A stretch of 19,002 nt of DNA from Planctomycetota bacterium. GTDB taxonomy: Bacteria > Planctomycetota > Planctomycetia > Pirellulales > Lacipirellulaceae. The position numbers were made by a program, and so were the translations under genes. The notes beneath the pieces were generated by a model. It worked only from the letters and a program-made list of their open reading frames with translations, was not told the DNA's origin and ran no database searches. Numbering within the stretch: position 1 is the first letter of the stretch; each line of letters opens with the position of its first letter. The stretch spans positions 1 through 19,002 of the forward strand of contig JBCCXZ010000065.1 in assembly GCA_039190745.1 (NCBI GenBank), written 5' to 3'. Positions 6,570 through 18,000 of this stretch are shown here, in pieces.

Positions 6570-7865
6570 ATGCGTGGCCACATTGTTTACTTTGCTCGAC
6601 GCCCGAACGACCTCGACCACGTTGTGCCGGTGCTCTGGAACTGGCTCGAACGCGGGGCCGGTCGGGTCGACGTGGTGCCGATCGGCAACCCATCGCTTGC
6701 TCAGGACCCGCGTCTGCGGTTCCTGGAACGCTTCGAGGCGGTGAAGGTCTGGGGCCTGGGCGACTTGGTCTCCCGAGAGTTGTACCGTCCTTACGAGCGG
6801 TACTGGCAAACCCGGCCGAGCCTGACGCCCTCGAAGCTGAAGCGTGCTTGGAACCGGCACGTGGTCCGGCCCCCGAAGGATTATGGCACAATCCTCGGCA
6901 CGCTCGCCGAGCCTTTGCTGCGGAAGTTCGCGGACAAAGCGAATCGGAGCACTGTCCTGCTCGACTGGGCCTGCGACGGGGACGATCGGCTGCATTTCGA
7001 TAACGTCCTGCACAGTCTCAAGGACTCTATGGGCTTCACCACCGTGGCGATGCCGCATGGGGACGAGCCGCACCATACGGCCCTGGGGATGACGGGGCTG
7101 CACGCGGTGGACCCAGCACGGGCGTGCGTGAGCTACAAGAACTGCGGTCGGTTCGACTACGTCGTCGCGCCGAATGAGCCCTGCGCAACCCGGTTTCGCG
7201 GCCACGTGCCAGACTCGCGATTAAAAGTGCTTGGCTCAGCACGCTTCAGTCGGGCCTGGGTGGCCTCTGGGGCCTCTGAGGTCTTCGGTGAGCAGTCGCA
7301 AGAGAACGTCGGCCGGCCGTTCGTCGTGATGTTCTTGAGGGACCTCGGGTACCCAGTTTTCTGGGAGGAAGTGCTCCGCACCTTCGATTTGCTTTCGCAC
7401 TCCGGCGCACGGTTGATCGTTCAACGGCACCTGACAGACAACGCGAGCCGGAAGATGGACCGCATGTACCCGGGGCTGCGGCTCGGCGACCACGGCTCGT
7501 ACGCTGTGACGGCCGACCCGGCCGCCTCGGGCTGGCTCGCGAGCCACGCCGCGGCGGTCATCGACCTGGGGACGAGCATCTGTTTTGAGAGCGTCCGCCT
7601 CGGCGTGCCGGTGATCTCGCCGGAGTATCTGCACGCGACGCACACGTGGGTTTCGCTCCTGATGCCGAGCACCCGGGCGTACGATCGTTGCGGCCTGCTT
7701 GAAGCGGTCCAGAAGGCGGTGGCCGCGCCGGGCGCCCCCAACTACAGCCCCGAAGAACGCCGCACCTTCGTCGAGACAATGCTCGACGTTCCTGACGAGC
7801 ACGTCCTTGAACGGCATACTGAATTTTTGCTCCGCTCAGTTCAACAACGGCAATCGGCGGCTTAG
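6570..7865 (+). CDS. Hypothetical protein, probable GT-B-fold glycosyl/ulosonyl transferase (TagF- or sialyltransferase-like)
   Basis: 431-aa ORF from ATG 6570. NDLDHVVP, MPHG, KVLGSARF and TSICFESVRLGVPVIS resemble GT-B sugar transferases. Lies directly upstream of the kdsB-like gene. The function is an inference. Confidence 0.7.
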   Translation: MRGHIVYFARRPNDLDHVVPVLWNWLERGAGRVDVVPIGNPSLAQDPRLRFLERFEAVKVWGLGDLVSRELYRPYERYWQTRPSLTPSKLKRAWNRHVVRPPKDYGTILGTLAEPLLRKFADKANRSTVLLDWACDGDDRLHFDNVLHSLKDSMGFTTVAMPHGDEPHHTALGMTGLHAVDPARACVSYKNCGRFDYVVAPNEPCATRFRGHVPDSRLKVLGSARFSRAWVASGASEVFGEQSQENVGRPFVVMFLRDLGYPVFWEEVLRTFDLLSHSGARLIVQRHLTDNASRKMDRMYPGLRLGDHGSYAVTADPAASGWLASHAAAVIDLGTSICFESVRLGVPVISPEYLHATHTWVSLLMPSTRAYDRCGLLEAVQKAVAAPGAPNYSPEERRTFVETMLDVPDEHVLERHTEFLLRSVQQRQSAA

Positions 7866-7926
7866 TGCCGCGGTGCAGGGCTTCCCACGCATCAGAGACC
7901 GATCACTCTGACAAAGGCCAGGAATT

Positions 7927-8655
7927 GTGAATCCCGTCATCATTATCCCTGCTCGTTACGAGTCTTCGAGGTTCCCCGGCAAGCCGCTCGCGCACTTGTT
8001 GGGCAAGCCGCTGGTGGCGTGGGTCTGGGAGCGTTGCGTGGCTGCGCTCGGGCCCGACCGCGTTTATGTGGCGACCGACGACGAACGCATCGAACGCGAG
8101 TGCCTTCGGCGAGGGATCCGCGTTGTCATGACTTCAGAGGATTGTGCGACGGGTACCGATCGGGTTTACGAAGCCAGCCAGAAGATCGGCGCCGATTACT
8201 ACATCAACGTCCAAGGGGACGAGCCTCTGGTCCAGCCCGAAGACGTGCACAAGGTGATCGCTTTTGCAGAGAAAAATCGCGGTTCGGTGGTCAACGCGAT
8301 GTGCAAGATCGCGAGCGAAGAGGAGTTCCGCGATCCGAAGGTGCCCAAAGTGGTCGCCGATCGCACGGGGAGGCTGATGTACATCTCACGGGCCGCGATC
8401 CCGACGACGAAGGGCCTCGCGTTCCGCTCGGCGTGGAAGCAGGTGTGCATCTACGGCTTCTCGCCGGAGGCGTTGGCGCAGTTCGGGGAGCACCGCGAGA
8501 AGTCGCCGGTCGAAGAGATCGAGGACATCGAAATCCTGCGTTTCTTAGAGCTGGGATTTGATGTGCGGATGACACCCGTCTCGCCTGTAGAGGTAGCCGT
8601 CGACTTCCCCGAAGACATCGCGGTTGCGGAGCGCGCGCTGCGGCGTGCGGCTTAG
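7927..8655 (+). CDS. kdsB: 3-deoxy-manno-octulosonate cytidylyltransferase (CMP-Kdo synthetase-like)
   Basis: IIPARYESSRFPGKPL, VATDDERI, TGTDR, NVQGDEP, MYISRAAIP, EDIEILRFLE and AVDFPED motifs. Confidence 0.93.
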   Translation: MNPVIIIPARYESSRFPGKPLAHLLGKPLVAWVWERCVAALGPDRVYVATDDERIERECLRRGIRVVMTSEDCATGTDRVYEASQKIGADYYINVQGDEPLVQPEDVHKVIAFAEKNRGSVVNAMCKIASEEEFRDPKVPKVVADRTGRLMYISRAAIPTTKGLAFRSAWKQVCIYGFSPEALAQFGEHREKSPVEEIEDIEILRFLELGFDVRMTPVSPVEVAVDFPEDIAVAERALRRAA

Positions 8656-8856
8656 CCTCTCTCTCTCGGCCTTGCTGGTGGAAGCGAGGAAGGCGGCAGT
8701 AGGCTGCCTCGGTGGGCGGTATCGCGGGCTGGGCTGCTGACAAGGGTTCGTCCATCGACGACAATAGCCGGGAAGCCGAGTTGCGGCCTGGGCGATGGCC
8801 CGGCCCCTACGCAGCCTTTGATTCAGCACACAGCACCCGAGAACCACACCGCACCG

Positions 8857-9717
8857 ATGGCAGGAAAGAAATCGCGTTCGAAGCCGGGCCGGAAGCCCAA
8901 CCCCAGCAAACCTACCCAAGCCGACCTGGCCGACAAGTTTGTCTGTTACCAAGAGTCGGTCCAATCACCCGAGCACGAGATCGAGTTTTTCGAGCAGGCC
9001 TTCCGCGACGCTTACGGGCGGCGTCCCTACAGCCTGCGTGAGGACTTCTGCGGGACGTTCGCGGTTTGCTGCGAGTGGGTGAAATCGCGGAAGAAGCGGA
9101 CAGCGGTCGGGGTCGACTTGTGCCCCGAGACCCTGCAGTGGGGGCGGGAGCAGAACCTCTCGCGGCTGTCGGACCACCAGCGGGGGCGCGTGACGCTGCT
9201 GGAGGACGACGTGCGGTCGAGCAACGGCAGCAGGTTCGACGTGCTGGCGGCTCAGAACTTTTCGTTCTGGCTCTTCAAGACGCGGCGGGAGGTGGTGGAG
9301 TACTTCAAAGACGCGCGGGCCAACCTCAAGCCCGAAGGCGTGTTCGTCCTGGACATGATGGGCGGCGGCGCCTGCTACGAAGAAGGGAACGTCGACAAGC
9401 GGAGGGTCGGTAAAGGCAAGAAGGCCTTCTGGTACGAGTGGGAGCAGTCAAGCTTCGACCCGATCACGCGCGACGCGAGCATGTGCATCCACTTCCGCTT
9501 CCAAGACGGCAGCCGCTTGGACCGGGCGTTCGAGTACCACTGGCGGTTTTGGACGCTCCCGGAGGTGCTGGAGATGTTGGAGGAAGCTGGCTTCAGTGAG
9601 AGCCACGTCTACTGGGAGCTGGAAGACGCCGACGGCGAAGACACCGGCGAATTCGAGCGGAAGACCGAGGCCGAGAACTCCGACGCCTGGGTCTGCTACG
9701 CCGTGGGCGTGAAGTGA
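8857..9717 (+). CDS. Class I SAM-dependent methyltransferase
   Basis: YQESVQSP, LREDFCGT (motif I variant), AVGVDL, LKPEGVFVLDMMGG and WTLPE..EMLEEAGF. ATG 8857 preferred. Confidence 0.85.
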   Translation: MAGKKSRSKPGRKPNPSKPTQADLADKFVCYQESVQSPEHEIEFFEQAFRDAYGRRPYSLREDFCGTFAVCCEWVKSRKKRTAVGVDLCPETLQWGREQNLSRLSDHQRGRVTLLEDDVRSSNGSRFDVLAAQNFSFWLFKTRREVVEYFKDARANLKPEGVFVLDMMGGGACYEEGNVDKRRVGKGKKAFWYEWEQSSFDPITRDASMCIHFRFQDGSRLDRAFEYHWRFWTLPEVLEMLEEAGFSESHVYWELEDADGEDTGEFERKTEAENSDAWVCYAVGVK

Positions 9718-9733
9718 CCGCAGTGGGTGAGAG

Positions 9734-10402
9734 TCAGCCGGCCGGCTGCTTCAAGTCGGCCCACCGCAGCCAGGAAGGCGCGGGCCCTTGGCGGCCGCGG
9801 TTGGCGCCGGGCTTAGCGTCGGCCGTGCCGGTGTCTTGGGGGAACAGGAAGACGGCGCCCAGCATGATTTGTTTCGGGTCTATCCCGGCCCAGTCGTAGA
9901 CCCTCTCGCTGCGGAGGACGCCGCCGCTGGACCAGTAGTTGTTCGAGCCGACCGCTGTGGCCAATAGAAGCAGGTTCTGGACCGCCGCCGAGGCCGCGGC
10001 GATGTGCTCCATGTTCCTCAGGGTCGGGGCGAACTCCTGGAACGCAAGGGCCGGCTCTTGCGGGTCGGGCAGCCAGGTTGCGAGCACCAGCGCGTCGGCG
10101 GCGGCGAGCATGTTGGCGATCTTGCCGGACTCGATGTCTTCAGACAGGAGCCGTTCGAGCAACCGCCGGCAGGCCTCGCCGTCGAGCACGTGGAACCGCC
10201 ACGGGACGGGGGAGGTGAGCGGCTCGGTGCGGTGGCTCTGGTCGGCCGGGTAGTGGAACGGCGCGTGGCTGGCCGCTTGCAGGAGCTCCGCGAGCCGATC
10301 GCGGACCGCTGGGTCGGGGGCCTCCCAGGGCGATTCCGGATCGGCAAGCACCTTGAGGGTGCGGCGGTCTTGGATAACTTGCCTAAGCGAGTCTAGCTTC
10401 AT
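9734..10402 (-). CDS. Nitroreductase family protein
   Basis: IQDRRTLK, ASHAPFH, PWRFHV, AASAAVQNLLLLATAVG and NYWSSG motifs. Confidence 0.88.
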   Translation of the reverse strand: MKLDSLRQVIQDRRTLKVLADPESPWEAPDPAVRDRLAELLQAASHAPFHYPADQSHRTEPLTSPVPWRFHVLDGEACRRLLERLLSEDIESGKIANMLAAADALVLATWLPDPQEPALAFQEFAPTLRNMEHIAAASAAVQNLLLLATAVGSNNYWSSGGVLRSERVYDWAGIDPKQIMLGAVFLFPQDTGTADAKPGANRGRQGPAPSWLRWADLKQPAG

Positions 10403-10456
10403 TCGTAGTAACACTCGTGTGGGGTTAGCGCCGCTCAGGGCGACCAGCGGATGCCG

Positions 10457-10960
10457 CTACCAGCCCATCGTGCCCGGGGGCCCTTTGAAGGGGCCGACGA
10501 TGTCGGCGGTGATCCAGCCGCCGTAGAAGTCGCCCTCCTGAGCGGTGACCTGCTCGTCGTCGACGTAGCAGGCGTCGGCCTTGCTGGGGTAGAAGGCGAA
10601 GCAGTTGGCGATGGCGGCGAACGGCGCCGTCGGGCGTGGATAGTACCAGGCGATGTTGGGGATAAATTGTTCCCCGCCCTCGTTAGTCTTCAGCTCTAGG
10701 TCGTAGTAGCGGGCGCGGCCCTTCCACTCACAGAACGATGTGCCGGCGGCTTGCTTGAGGTGCTGCATCTGCACGTCGTCCGGCGGGAGGTAGTACACCG
10801 GCGGGTGGCTGGTTTCCAAAACCCGGTGGGCGCGGGTCGTGTCGGCCAGCGTGACGCCGGCGACGACGACGCGGATCCGCTTGGCGACAGGCTCTAACCG
10901 CGGCGGGCGAGGGTAGTCCCAAACCGATTCTTGGCCGGGGCCGGGTGGGGTTCGCTGCAT
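10457..10960 (-). CDS. DUF427 domain-containing protein
   Basis: ESVWDYPRPP, VLETSHPPVYYLP, SFCEWKGRARY, AWYYP and FYGGWIT signatures. Confidence 0.92.
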   Translation of the reverse strand: MQRTPPGPGQESVWDYPRPPRLEPVAKRIRVVVAGVTLADTTRAHRVLETSHPPVYYLPPDDVQMQHLKQAAGTSFCEWKGRARYYDLELKTNEGGEQFIPNIAWYYPRPTAPFAAIANCFAFYPSKADACYVDDEQVTAQEGDFYGGWITADIVGPFKGPPGTMGW

Positions 10961-10995
10961 GTGGAATCGAAGATCTGAGATTGCAGATTGAAGAT
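10961..10995. repeat. Degenerate heptamer tandem repeat (5 units; four end in AGAT, the first is degenerate)
   Basis: GTGGAAT CGAAGAT CTGAGAT TGCAGAT TGAAGAT fills most of the ugd-DUF427 spacer. Confidence 0.65.
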
Positions 10996-11011
10996 CTACG
11001 AACGCGTAGCG

Positions 11012-12370
11012 TTACGGCTTTGCCACCGGTCGGCCGATGCTGTGGTAGGTGAAGCCGCGTTTTTTCATGTACTCGGTGTCGTAGAGGTTGCGGCCGTCGA
11101 AGACGAGCCGCTCGCTGAGCCCGGCGGCGATCTTGTCCCAGTCGGGGCGGTGGTAGTCCTTCCACTCGGTCATGATCACCAGCGCGTCGGCGCCCTCGGT
11201 GGCGTCGTAGGGGTTCTCGGCGAAGGCGAGGCGGTCGGCGTGGCCGTGGGAAGCGAAGTGCTCGCGGACGTTGGGCATCGCCTCGGGGTCGTGCGCCTGG
11301 ATGTTGGCACCCTTGGTGAGAAGCGTGTCGAGCAGCACCAGGGCAGGGGCTTCGCGGATGTCGTCGGTGCGGGGCTTGAAGGCCAGGCCCCAGACGGCGA
11401 ACGTCTTGCCGGCGTAGGGCTGGGCTGGGTTGTCGGGCGTGTGCTCTTCGGCCCCGTAGTGATGCTCGACCTTGTCGAGCACGACGCGTTTCTGGCGTTC
11501 GTTCACCCCGTCGACCGCGTGCAGCATGCGGGGCTCGACGCCGTGGGCGTTGCTCATCGATGCCAGGGCACGAACGTCTTTGGGGAAGCAGCTGCCCCCG
11601 TAGCCGGCTCCGGGGAAAAGGAACGCGAAGCCGATGCGGGAGTCGTGTCCGATCCCGCGGCGGACGTCGTTGATGTCGCCGCCCATCTGCTCGCAGAGGT
11701 TGGCCATCTCGTTGATAAAGCTGATTTTGGTGGCCAGCATCGCGTTGGCGACGTACTTGGTCATCTCCGCGCTCTCTGGCGTCATCGTGAGGAACGGCTT
11801 CTCGGTGCGGAGGTAGGGCGAGTAAAGCTGGTGGAGGACGTCGGCGGCACGTTGGGTGCGGACACCGACGACCACGCGGTCGGGCTTCTCGAAGTCTTCG
11901 ATCGCGGCACCTTCTTTGAGGAACTCGGGGTTGCTGGCGACGTCGCACTCGCGGCCGGTGATCTCGCGGAGCATAGCGAAGATGCGGGCGTTGGTGCCAA
12001 CCGGGACGGTGCTCTTGGTGACCACGACGGCGTCTTCGCGGAGGTGAGGTCCGATGGTCTTCACCACGGCCCACATGGCGGAGAGGTCGGCGGCTCCGTC
12101 GTGGCCCTGTGGGGTGCCGACGGCGAGGTAGACAACCTCGGCGGGCTTCACCGCCGACGGGGTATCGGTGGTGAAGGTCAGGCGGTTGGCCTCGGTGTTG
12201 TGGCGAACCATGTCGGCCAGGCCGGGCTCGTAGATGGGGATCTCGCAGCGGCGGAGGGCTTCGACCTTGGCCTCGTCGATGTCGACGCAGGTGACGTCGT
12301 TGCCGCTGTCGGCGAAGCAGGTGCCGGTGACCAGGCCGACGTAGCCGGTGCCGATGACCGCGATTTTCAT
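11012..12370 (-). CDS. ugd: UDP-glucose 6-dehydrogenase
   Basis: [40 protein letters not shown] (catalytic Cys), [15 protein letters not shown] and FDGRN. Confidence 0.97.
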   Translation of the reverse strand: MKIAVIGTGYVGLVTGTCFADSGNDVTCVDIDEAKVEALRRCEIPIYEPGLADMVRHNTEANRLTFTTDTPSAVKPAEVVYLAVGTPQGHDGAADLSAMWAVVKTIGPHLREDAVVVTKSTVPVGTNARIFAMLREITGRECDVASNPEFLKEGAAIEDFEKPDRVVVGVRTQRAADVLHQLYSPYLRTEKPFLTMTPESAEMTKYVANAMLATKISFINEMANLCEQMGGDINDVRRGIGHDSRIGFAFLFPGAGYGGSCFPKDVRALASMSNAHGVEPRMLHAVDGVNERQKRVVLDKVEHHYGAEEHTPDNPAQPYAGKTFAVWGLAFKPRTDDIREAPALVLLDTLLTKGANIQAHDPEAMPNVREHFASHGHADRLAFAENPYDATEGADALVIMTEWKDYHRPDWDKIAAGLSERLVFDGRNLYDTEYMKKRGFTYHSIGRPVAKP

Positions 12371-12563
12371 GGAGAAAGTCCTGGGAAGTTTGAACGCTGT
12401 GTACTGGTTCGGCGGGGAGAGCCGCCGGAGGCACGGCCCCTGCCGCCGGGGTTGGGGTTCGGTTGATCTTGCAATTTAGCACATCGGCGGGGCCGTTCCG
12501 ACCCGATTCCGGCGGGCGACGGACTGGGTACGATGAGTGGATTCTCTCCGGAGGCAGCTAGCG

Positions 12564-13022
12564 ATGGGCGATGACTTGGTTTGGCAGACGACCGACACGC
12601 CCGTGAAGGCGGACGACGGCGTCGTCGACGCTGGGCTCTCGGCTCACAACCGGGCGGCGGGCGTGCTGGAGGGCGTCCGTCCGCTGCGGTGTTATGCCCG
12701 GACGGCCTCGGGCCAGGTGGTCGGCGGGGCGCTGGCCCAGACCCTGGGGGAATGCTGCTCGCTGGACATCTTGTGGGTCGACGAGGCGTTGCGTGGCCGC
12801 GGGATCGGTGCGGAGCTGGTTGGACGCGTGGAAGCGGAGGCAGCGCAGCGGGGGTGTCGGCTGGTGTTCCTCGAGTCGTTCAGCTTCCAGGCGCCGAGGT
12901 TCTACGAGCGGCTCGGGTACGAGAGGTTGTGCGCCTTCCCGGGGTTCCCGGACGGCGCCGTGAAATACGTGATGCAAAAGCGGCTTTCGGAGCCCACTGA
13001 TGGAGAGCAAGACGATGGCTGA
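12564..13022 (+). CDS. GNAT family N-acetyltransferase
   Basis: LWVDEALRGRGIG acetyl-CoA motif and SFSFQAPRFYERLGY. GGAGG RBS at 12550-12554 supports ATG 12564. Confidence 0.9.
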   Translation: MGDDLVWQTTDTPVKADDGVVDAGLSAHNRAAGVLEGVRPLRCYARTASGQVVGGALAQTLGECCSLDILWVDEALRGRGIGAELVGRVEAEAAQRGCRLVFLESFSFQAPRFYERLGYERLCAFPGFPDGAVKYVMQKRLSEPTDGEQDDG

Positions 13023-13580
13023 TTCGATCCGGACCTACCGCGGCGTGACGCCGACGCTTGGCGAGCGGGTGTACGTCGACCCGACAGCCGTGGTGCTGGG
13101 CGACGTGGTGCTGGGGGACGACGTCTCTGTCTGGCCGGGGGCGGTCATCCGCGGCGACATGCACCGGATCCGCGTAGGGGCGCGCAGCAACGTGCAGGAC
13201 AACGCGGTGCTGCACATCACGCACGCGGGGCAGTTCAACCCGGACGGCTTCCCGCTGACGATCGGCGAGGACGTCGTGATCGGCCACTCGGCCGTGGTGC
13301 ACGGCTGCACGGTAGGCGACCGGGTGCTTATCGGCATCGGCGCGATCGTCAACGACGGCGCGGTGGTCGAGGACGAGGTGCTGGTGGGCGCGGGCACGCT
13401 CGTGCCGCCGGGCAAGCGGCTCGCAAGCGGCTACGTGTACGTCGGCAACCCTTGCAAGCAAGCCCGACTGGTGACCGATCGCGAGCGGGAGTTCTTCCGC
13501 TACTCGCCGGGGAACTACGTGCGACTGAAGGATACTTACTTGGCGGAACGCCGCGGTGAAGGATCGGTTGGTGCGTCGGA

Positions 13581-13596
<16 letters not shown>
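13015..13596 (+). CDS. yrdA: Gamma carbonic anhydrase family protein (YrdA-like, left-handed beta-helix)
   Basis: IRGDMHRIRVGARSNVQDNAVLH, GHSAVVHGCTVG and VPPGKRL, with three Zn-ligand His residues. GGAG RBS at 13002-13005. Confidence 0.92.
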
Positions 13597-14930
<1,334 letters not shown>

Positions 14931-15002
14931 TGCTTTGCGTCCTTTCGGGTGGCGGTGATCCGGGGAGTCTACCACGCGGCTTCTGCCTAAGGCACTGGGC
15001 GC

Positions 15003-15045
15003 AAAAAGATGCGGGCGGCACGCCAGGGCATGCCCCCCGCATCTT
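15003..15045 (-). terminator. Intrinsic terminator-like hairpin downstream of the PEP-CTERM gene
   Basis: AAGATGCGGG (15006-15015) / CCCGCATCTT (15036-15045) inverted repeat with further internal pairing, ending in a U5 tract on the minus strand. Confidence 0.65.
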
Positions 15046-15062
15046 GCGACAAAAACTTGTGA

Positions 15063-18000
15063 CTAGCCGCGCCGTAGCCCGGCAGCAAACGCCAGGCCGA
15101 CCACCGGCATCAACGCCGTCGTCGGCTCAGGGACGACAGTGGTCGCGGCGAGCGTGGCACTGACTGCAGAGCCCGCGCCGAACTGGCCCTCCCAGACGGC
15201 GAGGTCGGCGGCGTCGATGTCGCCGTCGAAGTCGGCGTCGCCCTCGGCCTGAGTGTTGCCGACGCCGAATCCGCGTTGCAGGATCATCAGGTCGGCCACG
15301 TCGACGTCGTTGTCGTCGTCGAAGTCGGCGTTGAGGTCGGCGACCACCTCGAGCCGCACGATCGTGGGCAGGTAGTTGACCTGGAAGACTCGACCGTCGG
15401 CGAGGGTATTCGGCTGCAATACGTCAGCGAAGGCGCCGCCGACGCCGCCCGAGGCGGAGAGGATGTTGAAGGTGTCGCCGATGTCGGGCTGGAAGCCGGC
15501 GAGCAGCGTGAGGTCGAGCGTGCCGTCGAGCAGTGCGAGGCCGGTGAGGTTCATGCGGTCGAAGTCGTTCAGTCCGATGCCCTCGATATCGAGCTGCCAC
15601 GTACCGGAACTGTTCTGCTGGAAGTCGAGGCCGGTGGTCTGCCCGAGGGAGGGGCCGAGTTCGAGCGTTCCCTCGTTCTCTAAGAGAATGTCGATGTCGG
15701 CCCCGTCGAGCAGGATGAGATTACTGCCGATCTCGTTGACGATCGCGCCGGCGCCGCTGAAGGTCGCACCGGCTTGGACCTGCGTGTCGCCGTCGAGGCG
15801 GAGCTCGCTGCTTACGGTGACCACTGCCGTCGACTGGATCACCGCGCCTGTATCCCACATAGCCGGGTTGTTATCGACGTTGACAGCGCCGCCGAAGGTC
15901 TGCGTGCTAACCGCACGGAGAGTACCTCCGGTCATGTTGAGAGTAGAGCCCGGGTCAAAGTCGAGGTTGAACCCGTTGACGAAGAACTCTCGCCCGTTGC
16001 TTACATTCACCGTGCCAGCGAAGCCGAACGAGCCGGCATCCACAAGCTCTAGATTGCCGCCGTTTGCAGACAGGACGCCGTTGCCGGCGGCTCCGTCCCA
16101 GTCGCTGGTAATGTTCGTGAGGCGGAGCGTGCCGTTGCCAGCGGCCCTAATCTCGTTGTTGTTGATAATGGGCGCGCTGATGGTTCCGAAACCGGTAATG
16201 TCGTTGATGCCTCCGAAACCATCGTGCGTGATCGTCGCCCCGGTCAGCTCACCGCCGTCGAGCGTCACGCTGTTCACGCTGGAAGTGTTCCAGGGGTTGG
16301 TGATGTTGAGAACGCCGTCGTTGTCGACGGGCCCCAAGCGGCGACCGCTGAGGATGGCCCCGTTGATGGTCAGCGTGCCGTCGTCTGCGCGGAGGTCGCC
16401 GCCGATGCCGAAGTCGATGTCGGCGTTGATCGTGCCGAAGCCCCGCAGGGTACGGTTGAACTCGGCCCGGATGGCGCCGGGGCCATTGATCGTGCCGCCG
16501 GCGATGGTGTTGGGGTCGGCCGCTTGATCGCCGCCGTCGAGGGTGAGGCCCTCGCCGGCAGTGTTCACGTTCACCGTGCCGCCTATGTCGAGCCGTGCAG
16601 TGCTGCGGCCGTCGCCGTTGACGGTGAGGACGCCGTCCATGTTCACGTCGCTGCCCGCGAGGAAGGTGTCGGCCGTGGCGTCGCCGTTGTAGGTGACCCG
16701 GCCGACGGAGTTCACCGTCCACTCGTCGTTCGGGTTGTCGAGGTTGACGGTTAGCGTAGCCCCATCGGCAATGACCATGTCGGAGAGATTGAGAGTGATA
16801 AAAAACCCTTGATTGCCGTAATCCGCCATCGTTGCCGCATTGATGGTGAGGTCGGCGTTGATGTTGGTGTCGTTGGCGAACGCCGGGAATGGCGGCTCGA
16901 ACGAGTTGTCGAGGTCGACCGTGCCGCCGACCATGTCGATGGTGGTGGCCTCTTCGATGTTGTTCGTCCCGCCGAGTTGCCACGTGCCCGTGCCGGTGAA
17001 CTCGCCGTTGTTCCCGCCGCCCGCGGGGGCGAACGTAGTGACGCCTGAGTTGCGGAGGGTTGCGCCTGCGTCGATGAAAACATCGGCGTCGGAGAGATAG
17101 GCGGCGGCAGCGGAGATCGCGGCTACTCCAGCCCCGGCGACGTTGAGGTTGGCGTCGGCGGCGCCGAGGTCGTCGCCAAACTGGACGTCGTCGCCCGCGA
17201 GCGTGCCGCCGCCGTCAAAGTTGGTCGTGCCGTCCATCTGCCAGACGTTGGCGGCGTTGTCGACCGAAACAGCGCCGCCGTTGATGTTTAGGGTACTGTC
17301 GTACTGGTTGTTGCCGCCGAGATCGATGCTGGTTACGTTGATGGTGAGGTCGCCGCCAGATTCGATCGTGGTCTCTCCCTGGTCCCAGTCGAGGGTTGTG
17401 ACCGCGATGGCGGACGTGCCGGTGACGCTGAGCCCTTCGTTGGTGACTGTGGATTCACCAACACCCCCGGTAATGTCGCCTCCGGCGAGGGTAAAGGTAC
17501 TGGCTCCGTCGCCGATGACTACGTCGCCCGTGAGGTTTGGCAAGGCGGCATTGACTGTGAGGTTGGCTCCTTCCTCGAGGACGACATCGGTGGCAATGAC
17601 ATGGTCGAAGCCGGTGGTGGTGATGTTGGCCCCGCTCTGGACGGTGAGCGTGCCGCCTTCGGCGATGGTGGCCCCAGACACGATCGTATTGGCGAGGTTG
17701 ATATCACCGAGATTGCCGAGTTCCCAGTTGGCGGTGTTCACTTCGAGCGTGGCGCTGTTGACGTTGAGGTTGCCGTTGAAACCGCCGCTGTCGTCGATGG
17801 CCGTAGAGTTGATCGTCAGCGTGTTCCCGGGCTGGATTGTGATGTCTATGGCAGAGCCGGCGGTGCCGTCCATGTCGAACGTGGCCACGTCCATGGTCTG
17901 ATTTGCGGTGACCGTCGCGTCGGCGTTCTGCCTGAAGATCCCGCTGCCGGTGAGGGTCGCACCCGCCCAGGTCGTTAAGGTGCCGCTGGAGAAGGCCTCG

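Noticed and set aside
10728..12482. Long alternative-frame and antisense ORFs over ugd (likewise over gdhA and the PEP-CTERM gene)
   Set aside because: Expected shadows of high-GC codon bias; Arg/Pro-rich or Val/Gly-rich with no family motifs.
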